A DNA stretch of 60,000 nucleotides from Mobula hypostoma (Eukaryota), in contig NC_086097.1 in NCBI RefSeq assembly GCF_963921235.1, forward strand, positions 196,108,001 to 196,168,000, read 5' to 3'. Under the pieces are notes generated by a model. The model did not search any database. It had not been told where the DNA came from and saw only the letters and a program-made list of their open reading frames with translations. Shown in pieces: positions 1 through 11,693 of this stretch. Numbering within the stretch: the first letter of the stretch is position 1; each line of letters begins with the position of its first letter. Position numbers and translations under genes: made by a program.

Positions 1-689
1 GCCAGGGAACTAAAATGAGCAAAATTATAATACCAGATGTCATCATTCTAATCTGGTTCTAATTAATATTAAAATACACCTTATTGTGACTGTATGATCA
101 CTCTTAGAAGAGTAGCGCTTTATTTCACACATTTCAGAAAGCAATATTGTTTGTTTTGATTCATCTTTTATTTTGTTTTGAATATTTGCACATAAAAATG
201 AAGATGATAAGTCAAAGTTCAAAGTAAAGTAATTATCAGGAACATATGCGTCACCAGATACAACCTTGAGATAAGTGTCGATGACCAGCTCTAACTGTCT
301 GTAGCAGGGCTGAAGCCAGGGGTAAGGTCATGACTATCAAATGGCAAATCTATCAGGCAGAGACATAATGGGAGAAAATTCAATGTTTAACAAATTTGGC
401 AGGAAAGGCAATTGAGTGAGAACTGAAGAAGCTTGAAAGCTAAGCGGAGGATCTGTATACACTTTCAGACTGAACATAGAGAAAAAAAATGCTTCCTAGG
501 TTTTAAATGTTGACAGCTCTAAGGCTAGTTGGCACCAGTGATTGAGTGCGGTAATAATATAATCCTCCTATTTTCTATTCTGCCTGTGTAAGCATTTCTT
601 CTTACAAGGGTTTCCAAATCATGCTAGGATGGCAAAGATTTACATGTGCAAACGGGGCATTGCTAAATTGTCCAAACTTGCATTGCTTA

Positions 690-1310
690 TCATCTTCTTC
701 GGCTGTCTATCGATTTCGATGTGACTGAACATGCCTTGCACAGTAATAAGGCAGACGGTGTCATGCCCCCACCATACAGTCTCTCTGGGCTTTCAAATCT
801 GATGCTAAGTGGTACACAGGAGTGCAACAGACTGAGCGGATAAGGAAGCTGCCCCGCAGTGACAACTAACCAGTCTAGTGATGCCATCCGTTGACCAGCA
901 CTCTGGTTCTTCCACATGCCACCAAGGTGGCTGTACCATTGACCCTTTTGGATTCATCTGCCACAGACACCATCAGACGCCCTGCTGCCGGCGTCCTCGT
1001 TGGGTGCAGCTTTTGCCTGAAGAGGCGTAACCTACAAAGTAGCAAAGGCATGCTTACCTCCTTGACTTAGCTAGCCACAATCCTACTACTAGATCTAGTC
1101 TAGTAGTATACCGATGGAACATCACCTTCATGGCTAGGTTAGACCTGCCAGAGAATGAATCTCTGCCGTACTTCGCCGATGTTTGGCCAGTGTCACTCCT
1201 ACACCACGGTGAGGTGCCAAGGTAGGATTTTGTAGCATTGCTTATAGGTAGAGGGTGATGGTAGATAGACCATGTTCTGCCTAGTGGTCCATGGCTAGTG
1301 CTGTCTTGGG
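690..1310 (-). mobile_element. Probable non-autonomous RTE-type retroelement remnant
   Basis: GC/CpG-richer block. The minus strand ends ...catcgaaatcgatagacagccgaagaagatga, which resembles RTE 3' termini. No RT ORF. Confidence 0.35.
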
Positions 1311-1321
1311 ACCCCTGCTCT

Positions 1322-2210
1322 TTTTATAAGTGACTTACATGAGGAAGTGGAAGGGTGGGTTAGATAGTTTGCAGATGGCACAAAGATTGGTGGTGTTGCG
1401 GATACTACAGAAGGTTGTTGTTGTAGGTTACAAGATATTCACAGGATGCAGAGCAGGACTAATAAGGGTCAGAGAGAGTTCAATCTGGGAAAGTGTGAAG
1501 CGATAGACTTTGGAAGGCAAATTATAAAGTTAATGGCAAAATTCTTCGAAGGAACAGAGGGATTTTAGGGTCCAAGTCCATAGATTCCTCAAAGTTGCTG
1601 CACAATTTGATAGAATGGTTAAGAAGGCATATGCTGTTTGACCTTCATTAGTCAGGGCATTGAGTTCAAGTGACATGAGGTTACATTGCAGCTCTATAAT
1701 ATATTGTTTACACTTACAATTGTAATATTATGTTCAATTCTGGTTGCCTCATTATAGGAAGGACATGGAAGCTTTAGACAGAGTGTGAAGGAGATCTACC
1801 TAGATGCTGCCTGAATTGGAGAGCAGGTTTTATGAAGAAAGATTGAGTAAGCTAGGGCTTTTCTCTTTGGAGCGAAGGAGAATGAGAGGACACTTGATAG
1901 ACGTGTATAAGATAATAAGAGGCATAGATAGAGTGGGCAGCCTACACCTATTTCCCAGGGCAGCAATGTCTCATATGAGAGGCCATATTTTTAACGTGAT
2001 TGCAGGAAAGTATAGGGGGAATATCAGAGATAGATTTTTCACATAGAGAGTGGAAATGCATGAAACACACTGCTAGGTTGGTGATAGAGGCAGATACAAC
2101 TGGGATATTTAAAAGACAGATAGACACATGAATGGAAAAAATGGAGTGCTACATGTGAGGAAAGGCTTAGATTAATCTTGGAGTAAGTTAAAAAGGTTGG
2201 TACAGCATCA
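1322..2210 (+). mobile_element. CR1 LINE 3' fragment (degenerate RT C-terminus and 3' UTR)
   Basis: FAD-TKIGGV-like coding remnant; ORF 1804-2046 reads LGLFSLERRRMRGHLIDVYKIIRGIDRV, a CR1 ORF2 C-terminal motif. Confidence 0.9.
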
Positions 2211-2507
2211 TTTAACATAATAGTATAGGCTGTTTTAAGTTGTCATATCAAAGAGATAGCAACAAGGAGCATAAATAGATACAAAATATCTCAGAAATTA
2301 CAAAATCATAATCCTTTAATTGTGGTATGGGTTTGATGTAAATACGGATCATAATTTTTCTTAATGGTGAATACATAGAATTTGATATAGTTACTAATCC
2401 TCTTTGGTAATTCATGTGGACTACAGGAATCCAAACTTTTTCTTCTGTCTGTATGGGTTAACACCATGCTCCATTAGTTTTACTGATGAAATTATTTGTT
2501 CTTGCAG

Positions 2508-2558
2508 ACGACTACAGTGAAGAAGAGGAGGTGCATTCAATGGGTTACAAGAGGTTTG
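2508..2558 (+). CDS. COLEC12: Internal coding exon (exon 2) of collectin-12 / CL-P1 scavenger receptor, cytoplasmic N-terminus
   Basis: Acceptor ttatttgttcttgcAG and donor GTgagt flank a 51-nt phase 1-1 exon encoding (D)DYSEEEEVHSMGYKRF(G). This matches the recalled human COLEC12 N-terminus MKDDFAEEEEVQSFGYKRFG, whose exon 2 is also 51 nt, and includes the YKRF YxxPhi endocytosis motif. Confidence 0.92.
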
Positions 2559-3859
2559 GTGAGTAGTAATTATCTAGAGATCGCAAGAATTTGTTGTTGT
2601 CAGAAACCTTTGTTAAAGGAATGAAACTCCTTCAGCATTTGCAGAAAATACATTTAAAGTGGTATTAACAGAACTGATTTTGAGGTAAGTCCTATCATAA
2701 AGAATTCTTTCTTAAAATACCATCTAGTGTAGACATCGGAAAGTTATATCAAGGAGAGAGATTGAGCACATTAGTTAAAAAGCATCCATTTTCTGATGGG
2801 TATCTTACCCTGAGTTTACACAATGGTAGCAGAATATGTTTGGTGTAATGTGCTTTTTTAATCCCTTGAAGCCTATTTCTTATATTTTAATAGCTCTAAT
2901 AAAATAATTAGTAATAATATTATATCCAACTGAAACATTTAATGTAGAAGGAGATGCAGTGCGGATGTGGTTATACCAGTATTGAGGGCTTGCCTAAACT
3001 GTCAGTAGAAGTCAAATGTATTTATGGTATATTTTGTCTATTAGAATTGGTGAATGAAGTTATGTACTAAAGATTCTCTTTAATATTGTTGTAACAACCC
3101 TTGTTATAGATAACTAAAAATAAATGGACAGGAAAACAACTTCCTTGCTCAATTATCGATGTGTATTGAGAGGTCTAAATGTAAGTACCGTATGCCATAA
3201 TTTGAATAATTTTAGGTTCTTCAAAGGAGGCCATATGTGTGGAAACACGGGGTGATCACTTTCTAGGGTTAAATTACAGGCCTTCCAACAGTCAGGGAAC
3301 TTAGAGGAGCATCTATCCTCAGATGTTCAAAGGCAAATAAGGTTATGAACATGCTACAAATGCTCAACTTCTGGATGCCCTTACAAATGAGTAAGTATTT
3401 GGAAGACTGGCAGAATGGATGCAGAATATTTAAGAGACCGGTGAGGTGGATGGGGATGTACTTGTCAACTGTTGCGGGCTGCAGCCATCATCTTCTCAGT
3501 GGAAAAAGAGTATTTCCACTGGCCTTCTTTTCCATCAATGCCTCCCTATGTCCCCTCCCTCCCATCGAGTTGCATAACCAATACCCTGCTTTAATTCATT
3601 TCAAAGCTGGAAACAGTTCAGGTTACAAACAGTTCTTAGGAATGGACCCCTGTCATCGATTGAAGGCTGCCTGTAATATGGTATTTCATCTTCCCCAGTT
3701 TTAATTGGTATCAACTTATGGTGCAAGTCTTAAGAGGGCATGTGATTTTTAAAGATCATCCAGAACAGCTTCTTAAGCCAGTAATCAATAGGTCACCCAC
3801 ATTATTGGAGAAGAGACAGGGAAGCCAGAAAAGTAACTAAAGTGTCTGTGGGTGAGGTA

Positions 3860-5900
3860 ATTCTGGAAAAGGACAAGGGTGATTCAGAAATTAAGGTCCT
3901 GAAGTGGAAGAAGGAAAAATTCAATGTCATAAAACAGGATTGGGTAAAAATATACTAGCTATAAATCTAGTGGGAGACTTTTAAAAGTGAAATCATGAGA
4001 GTTAAAAGCCAATGTCTGCCTGTAAGGATGAAAGGTTAGGAAGACAAGTCTAGAGAGCCCCAAGTGTCAAGGGTATTGAGGGTCTGAGAATAAGAAATAG
4101 GAAGTATATAGCAGGTATAGAGTATTGAAAATGCATGAGGACAGAATGTACATTGAGGGTACTTAACAAAAAAGGAAATTAGGAGACCAAAGATTGCAGA
4201 AAATCCCAAAGCATTTTATAAGTGAAACTCCCTGTTTACCTTGGCTGAATAAGTCTGGGGAAGACACTCTCAAATCCCGCCAAACTCATGAGATTGGGAT
4301 GGCTCGATCCCACTCCAAACCCTGGTTTGTGTGGATGCTGCGTCATTTGCTACCCTGTTACATATTAGTGCCATAAAATAACAGACTTTACGCTGCATAC
4401 GATTAAAGGAATCGTATTTTAACTTAACTAAAGGGTTAGTAAAGAATAGGACCCATTCTAATTAAACAGACAAATGTGCTCAAGTTGGAGCTCATCTTGA
4501 AATTCTGTCACTTGCATGCTGGGCCCTCAGTCACTGTGAACCGCCCACACCACCTTCTGAACGTCACTTGCAATCCATCTTGGACAAACAGGTCTCCCAC
4601 TGGATCATATGCTATGACCAGTTCTCCCCAATGTGTTCTCTCTTCATCTCCCACCAAACAAAAGCACCAAGACCAACCTTAGTGTCCCTCACCAGAGAAA
4701 CCTCCCCTTAATTCTACCATCCAAATTGGATGGTAAAAATTTCTCATTTTATTCAAGAAGGACAACAGGATAAGCCAGTTGATTATAAGCTAATGAGTCT
4801 AACGGCAGTGGTAAGGAAGATGTTGAGAAATATATGAGGGACACTACTCACCTACATTTGGAAAGGCAAAGATTAGTCCAGGATAGGCAGCATGGCTTTG
4901 CTGGTAGGAGACCCTATCTGACTAATATAACCACATTTTTTGAAGAAGCAAAACCTATATGGATGAAGGCAGTGCTCTTAATATAGTCTATATGACTTCA
5001 GTAAGGCTTTCAACTAGGTCCCGCATAAACATTTGGTCCAAAAGATTATAGACCATGGGGCATGTTTGAAAGTTGATTCGAAAGTTGCATTGGTAATTGA
5101 AGACAGACAGTAATTTTGGAGGGTGGTTTTATGCTTGGAAGTTTGCAACCATGATGTATCACAGGAATCAATACTGAGACCCTTCTGTTTCTTGTACGTT
5201 AGTGACCCGGATGTAAATGTAGAAGGTACTAATAGTAAGATTTCAGGTAGTCCAAAATCAATGAGGTCTTAAAAGGCTGGGATATACACTGTGAACGGTA
5301 GGGGCCCGGGGAGTATTGAGGAACAAAGGGATCTTGGTGTACAAGTCTAGAGAATTTTGTATTTAGTAGCACAGGAAGATAAGGTAGTGAAGAAAACATG
5401 GAATGCTTGTCTTATTAGCTGTGGCTTAGGATTTCAGAGCATAGAGGTCATAGTACAAACTTACAAAATTTTAAAATTTTGGTTAACCACAGCTGCAGCA
5501 TTGTGTGCTGTTCTAGTCACCATACTGTGTGAAAGTCATAATTGCATTGGAGTATCTGTAGAGGAGATGTACTGGCATGTTGTGTGGAATAGAAAGTTTC
5601 AGTTATGAGAAGAGATTAGATAGGCTGTGTTTGTTTTCTTAGAGCAATGTAGGCAGCGTTGACCTCATAAAAGTATACTGTACAAATTTATAAAGGGTAC
5701 AGATATGATCAATATTAGGAAACTCATCTCCATAGCAAAGGTGTCCATAACCAGAGAGCATAGATTTAGGGTAAGAGAGGATCTGAGAAAGAATTTCTTT
5801 CACCTAGTGGTGGTGGAGACAGGTACTGTCATAGCATTTAGAAACTATCTAAAAGAATACTTGAATCACTGGGCCATTGAAAGCTTCAGACCAAATTCTG
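3860..5900 (+). mobile_element. Old degenerate CR1 LINE, interrupted by an LTR at 4223-4738
   Basis: CR1 ORF2 remnants (QHGF, DFSKAF-like gacttcagtaaggctttc, DLGVQV) with many stops and frameshifts. Confidence 0.8.
4223..4738 (-). mobile_element. Partial solo LTR, related to the LTR at 13398-17429
   Basis: Begins TGAAAC on the + strand. Its reverse complement shares blocks with the 13398/16895 element (ccaat..ggatgg.agaat; gtctgttattt...cagcatccacacaaaccagg versus ggtctgttattt...caacattcactcaaatcagg). Confidence 0.55.
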
Positions 5901-6559
5901 GATGCACTTAATTGTCAGAATGCTCATGTCTCTAACTAGAATGAACTCTTGGCTTCACAGTCGATCGCATTGTGGCCTTTGTACCTTATCATCTATCTGC
6001 ACAGCACCTTTTCTGCAACTGTAACACTATATTCTGCATTCTACCATTACTTTTTTCCATTTGTACTACTTCAACATATGTTTTGAAATGATTCCTATCA
6101 ATAGTGTGCAAAACAAAGTGCCTTGATTTATCTTAGTACATGTCACAATGATAAATCGCTTACTAATTAATAAATGCCTTACGCTAAATGAACAAAAGAT
6201 TTTCTGTAACAAATTATTCCCTTTTCTGTTGCATTCATGTTTGGAATGAAGTTTGCAGTGCATTACTAATAACCTTTTCTTGGAGTTTTTGGGTAGTTTT
6301 AATCTTGGGTCATTGATGAACAACAAAGTGGAAATGTTTCTGGAAAGAAGTGGTAGACAAGGTCATTGCTTTGCTTAGGCAACACTTTGTTACTTTTGCA
6401 GTATCTCAGAGAATAAAATTGAACAGAAGCAGTGAATTATATAATATGTTTAGCCAATAGTAGATTGATCTCAAAGATCTGCAGGAATCATGGTCAAAGA
6501 AGGACTAGAAATGATAGCAATAATGTTCTTTTGCAATAAGAATGTGACTAATAGGATAA

Positions 6560-7480
6560 TAAGAGAACCAGAGAATAGTTACAACATAGGAGGCAATTTT
6601 GTCTATCACATCTGCAACAGCTCCACATGAGTAATCTACCTAGTCCACTCAACACAAAGTCCTACAACACTAACTCTGGTGGTAAATTCCAGATCCTATC
6701 CACATGCTAAAATCACCTTTCTTTATGTCACTTTTTGTTAAACAATTTGCTATTCTTCACCATCTAGCAGTGAGAACAGCTTTCCTCTATCTCCTTCATC
6801 TGTACTCTTTAGGATTTTAAAGAGCACTATCAGATTCCCTCACAACCTCGTCTGTTCCAAGGTGAATCCCACATAGTTCATTCAACTAACTAAAGTACAT
6901 GATCGCAAAAGCTCTTCAGCACCCTCTCTAAAAATTTATTGTATATCTCTCTTGATGTGTCATTTCTAGCACTATACACAATATGCCAATCGTAGTCCAA
7001 CCAATATGTTATAAACACACATTATGACTACCTTGTCCATGACTCTGTATCTCTTTATCTACTGTGCTGTTTTAGCCACTTCCTTAAATTACCCTGCCAC
7101 ATTCTTCCTATACTTTAGACCCCTCTGTTCTTGTACCCTTTTTGGAATGGTGCCCTTTAGTTTACATTGCTTCTGCTCAATTTTCCTACTAAAAAGTAAC
7201 ACTTTGCATTTGCCTGCATTAATTTTCATCTACTGCCTATCTGCCCATTTGAATCCCTCTGTCCGTGTCTGTATTTCCTGATCCTCTACTATCCTCCAAG
7301 TTTTGTGTCCTCTGCAGATATTAAAATTGTCTCCTGTACATCCAAATGCCAGCTATAATATCTTACAGTTATAATTAACATCCCCTGAACCATCCTGAGG
7401 GAATTCCACCACACTCTTCCTCCAGCCTGAAAAACCTTTCATTACTGTTGTTTCCTGTTAGCCAATTTTTTATCCACGCT
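6560..7480 (-). mobile_element. Old degenerate CR1 3' fragment
   Basis: Reverse-complement CR1 RT/3' motifs (ttaattttcatctactgcc, tttgtgtcctctgcagat), heavily decayed. Confidence 0.65.
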
Positions 7481-8439
7481 GAAGCATCTGATCTCTGGTT
7501 TGTTGCAATGATTCTTTCTAAAGATATCTTTCTATTTGCTTAGCTGATGTGACACCAGAACTTATTAGTAAACTGGTCAGTATGACCATTTCACAGACTT
7601 ATCTTGACACAAATAATGCGAAATTTTAATTAGAAGTATCATTTGTTGAACAGTAATGCATAATGCCTAACTGAAGTAGTGAAATTGTTTCATTTTCATT
7701 CCTGGCTGTTTCTGGCACCTCCAAGTCTGAATGCTTGAAAGCACAGTGAACAAAATGGTTCTGAGTTGTCTTACTGGTTATTTCTCACCAGCTATCAGTG
7801 ACAAAAATCACTGCTTTTTGAACATGAAAACATTTATGCAACTGATGCTATTTCAAAACTGTTCACCCAAAGCATGGCGTTGTCTAGCACTAGTTCGAAA
7901 CTCTTCATCACAGTCTCCTGTCCCAATTAAGCAGCATAATGTATCAAATAAATGAAGGAAATCATGGCTATTATCTTGATCAGTTTACATTCTTTAAGAG
8001 TTGTCCCAAATAAAAATGTCAATAATAATCAGTCTGATTCTGCATGTGATCTCCCGTATTGCTACAACGAGTTTCAATATAAATCACAATTCACACTGTA
8101 AATAGAACATAGAACAATATAGCACATGAATTGACCCCTTGGTCCACAATGTCTGTGCAAATGGTGAGTGAGACTAACCTTGATTCAATACTCTTGTACT
8201 ATTTAGTGCTCATGACCAAAGATGAAATTTGCACCCCGCCCCCCAAAGCTTGGAATTACAACCTGTCATCTGAATTCAATATTTAGATCTCTTGCATACA
8301 TATACTCTTGCCTTTTCTGAAACAGTTTGATAAAATACTAGCTGAGTCAAATGATGTCACTTTATTCTACAGCAATAGGCCTCTAATTGTTTTAAGTTTT
8401 TCTGTGTTCATGTGCTAGAAGACTACCAATGAGTGCCCA

Positions 8440-8745
8440 AGACTAGGAATCTCAGATACACAATGTCCTGATGAAGAGTCTCAGCTCAGAACATTGACTG
8501 TTTATTTTCTTTAGTAGATGCTGCCTGGCCTGCTGAGATTTTCCAGCATTTTGTGTGTGTTGGTCAATGTATGAGCTGTTTACTGTTTATCAAGAAAATC
8601 AACATTACTCATTCAAAGACTTAGCTATTTGATTAAATACAACTGAGTACAAAACAAAGGAGACTGCAGATGCCAAACATCTAGAGCAACAAACAAAACA
8701 CTGGAGGAACTCAATGGATTAAGCAGCATCTATGGAGGGAATATC
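8440..8745. repeat. Penelope-type short repeat fragments in both orientations
   Basis: cctgatgaagagtctcagctc...gatgctgcctggcctgctgag and ctgcagatgc...ctggaggaactc; same family as 28707-28929. Confidence 0.6.
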
Positions 8746-8769
8746 CCTCATCCCACTAGCCATAGATAC

Positions 8770-9080
8770 AATAAGGCTTTAGGATTAGCTTTGTTTGTCA
8801 CCTGTATCTCGAAACATAGTGTGAAATACTGTATGTCATTTGCATCAATGATCAATACAGTCTGAGAATGTGCTGGGAGCAGCCTGCAGGTGCCCTACGC
8901 TTCTGTTGCCCACCGACCATGCCCACGACTTTCTAACGCATACATCTTTGGAAAGTCGAAGGAAACCGGAGCACCCGGAGGAAACCCAGTCAGTCACAGG
9001 AAAAACATGCAAACTCCTCACAAGCAGTGGCAGAAATTAAACCCCAGTCATTGGCACTGTGAAATATTATGCTACCCTGC
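8770..9080 (-). mobile_element. V-SINE-type SINE (HE1-like)
   Basis: V-domain reverse complement ggaaaccggagcacccggaggaaaccca...gcaaactcc. Confidence 0.75.
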
Positions 9081-10780
9081 TGCTCCAATCTTGTCTGAAC
9101 TGCAGTGTTTTTGTGTGTTGCTCAACACAAGATGTTTTCCTTCTCTCTCCAAATTCAATCTATTGATTCATGGTTAAAACATCCATATGGTGACATTTCC
9201 AAAAACATTGCCTACACTTTCTTGTTAGAATGAAACATAGAAAAAAAATTATTTTCATATGATCCCCAAGCAATTTGCAACCCAATCTGAGCCAGCTTCT
9301 TGCAACATCCCCTGATTAGCAGTTATAAAACTCAAAAGTTAGCTTGGACTTCACTTCTCTTGTGCTTGTCACTAAACAGACCTCATTACTTCATCTGGAA
9401 TTTGAAGTTACTGTGCCTAATTGTAAGTTCTCAAGCTCACTGTAAGAGGTGCATCCAGCTGCAGCTTCTCACAGACCATGTGAAGGAGGTGAAGCTGCAA
9501 CTGGATGAAATTTAGATCATTCAGGAGGCTAAGGGGTTAATAGACATGGAAGTAGTTATACCCAAGCTTCAGGACACAGGTAACTGATCGACTGTCAGGA
9601 GGGGGAAGGGGATAGGAAGCCAGTGCAGAGTAACCCTGTGACCATTCCTCTCAACAACAAGTACACCACTTTGGATACTGTTGGGAGTGATCATCTAGCA
9701 GATGAAAGGCACAGCGGTCAGGACTCTGGCTCTATGGCTCAGAAAGGAAGGGGGAATAGACGCAAGCTGTAGTGATAGGGGACTCATTGGTTAGGGGAAC
9801 AGAAAGGAGGTTCTGTGGATGAGAACAGGATGTCCAGGTTGTCAGGACCAACACATCTCAGCAGGTCACAGCACTGTTAAGTGGGAGGCTAATTAGCCAG
9901 AGGTCACGGACATGAGAAGGAGAGGTGACAAGGTCCTGCAAAGTGAGTTCAGGGGGTTAGATGCAAACTTAAAGGACAGGACCTCTAGTGCCAGGATCAC
10001 AGAATTTCTACTGGTGACACATGCAAGTGAGGCCAGAAGCAAAAAGATCATACAGTTGACCACAAGGCTGAGGAGGCGGTGCAGGATGGAGGGCTTCATA
10101 TTTTTGGATTATTGGACACTTCTAGGAATGTAGGACCTGTACAGAAGGATAGTTTGCACCTGAACCTGGGGTGGGGGCTAATATCCTAGGGGGATGTTTT
10201 GCTAGTACTGCATGGCGGGGGGGGGGGCAATTAAACTACAGTTGTTGGTGGATGGTAACCTGAGCAACAGAACAGATAGTGGAGTGGTTGTGGAGAAACA
10301 CGTTGTAAAGTCTACAAATAACATCAGGAATCCAAAGGTTGACCATGGTGGGACTAATGTTCTAAGTTGTGTATACTTCAATACATGGAATATTGTAGGA
10401 AAGGCGGATCTGCTCAGGGGCACGGATCAGCATGTGGAATTATGACATTGTAGCCAATCATGAGACTTGGTTGCAGGAGGCGCAGGACTGGCAGCTCAAT
10501 ATTCTGGGGTTCCGTTGTTTTAGAGCAGGAGGGATTAAACGGGGGAGGGTGCTGTTATTAGTCAGGGAAAACAGCATGGCAGTGGTCTGCCAGGACAGAC
10601 TGGAGAGCTCGTCTAAGCAGGCTTTATGCGTAGAACTGAGGAATAAGAAAGGTATGATCACATTAATGAGATTATATTATAGACCACCCAACAATCTGCG
10701 GGATTTAGAGGAGCAAATTTTTAGACAGATGGCAGACTGTTGTAAGAAACATAAGGTTTGATAGTAGATGATTTTAACTT

Positions 10781-11693
10781 AGACCATAAGACATAGGAGC
10801 AGAATTAGGCCACCTGGCCTATTGAGTTTGCTCCGCCATTCAATCATGGCTGATCTTTTTTTTTCCCTACTCCTCAACCCCAGTTCCCAGCCTTCTCCCT
10901 GTAACCTTTGATGCCATGTCCAATCAAGAATCTATCAATCTCTGCCTTAAATACACCCAATGACCTGGCCTCCACAGCTGCAAGTGGCAAGAAATTCTAC
11001 AAATTCACCACCCTTTGGCTAAAAAAATTTCTCCGTATCTTTGTTTTTGAAAGGGCGCCCTTCTATCCTGGGCTGTACCCTCCTGTCCTAGACTCTCCCA
11101 CCATGGGAAACATCCTTTCCACATCTACTCCGTCTAGGCTTCCAACATTCGAAAGTTCTCAATGAGATCCCCCCCTCATCCTTCTGAATTCCAGCGAGTA
11201 CTGACCCAGAGCCATCAAACGTTCCTTGTATGATAACCCTTTCAACTATTCTCAATACTCAAGGTGTGGCCTCACCAGTGCCTTATAAAGCCTTAGCATC
11301 ACATCCTTGCTCTTGTATTCTAGACCTCTTGAAATGAATGCTAACATAGCATTTGCCTTCCTCACCATCGACTCAACCTGCAAGTTAACCTTCAGGGTGT
11401 TCTGCACAAGGATCTCAGATCCTGGACTTTCCTCCCTTTAGAAAATAGCCCGCATATTTATTTCTACTACCAAAGTGCATGACCATGCATTTTCCAGCAC
11501 TGTATTTCATTTGTCACTTTCTTGTCTATTCTCCTCATCTGTCTAAGTCCTTCTGCATCCTACCTGTTTCCTCAACACTACCTGCCCCTCCACCGATCTT
11601 AGTATCATCTTCAAACTTGGCAACAAAGCCATCTATTCCATCGTCTAAATCATTTATATACAGCATAAAAAGAAATGGTTCCAACACCGACCC
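10781..11693 (-). mobile_element. CR1 3' fragment inserted in the endonuclease region of the 9400 CR1
   Basis: ORF 11535-11729 GSVLEPFLFMLYINDLDDGIDGFVAKFEDDTKIGG. The host sequence gattttaact/ttccacatattgactgg is split around it. Same subfamily as 47021-48835. Confidence 0.9.

Noticed and set aside
3345..3704. 119-aa ORF
   Set aside because: No recognisable domain or exon signals; probably a chance ORF in decayed repeat or intron sequence.
4028..4037. ATGAAAG/GT resembling COLEC12 coding exon 1
   Set aside because: Lies downstream of exon 2 and inside a CR1 remnant.
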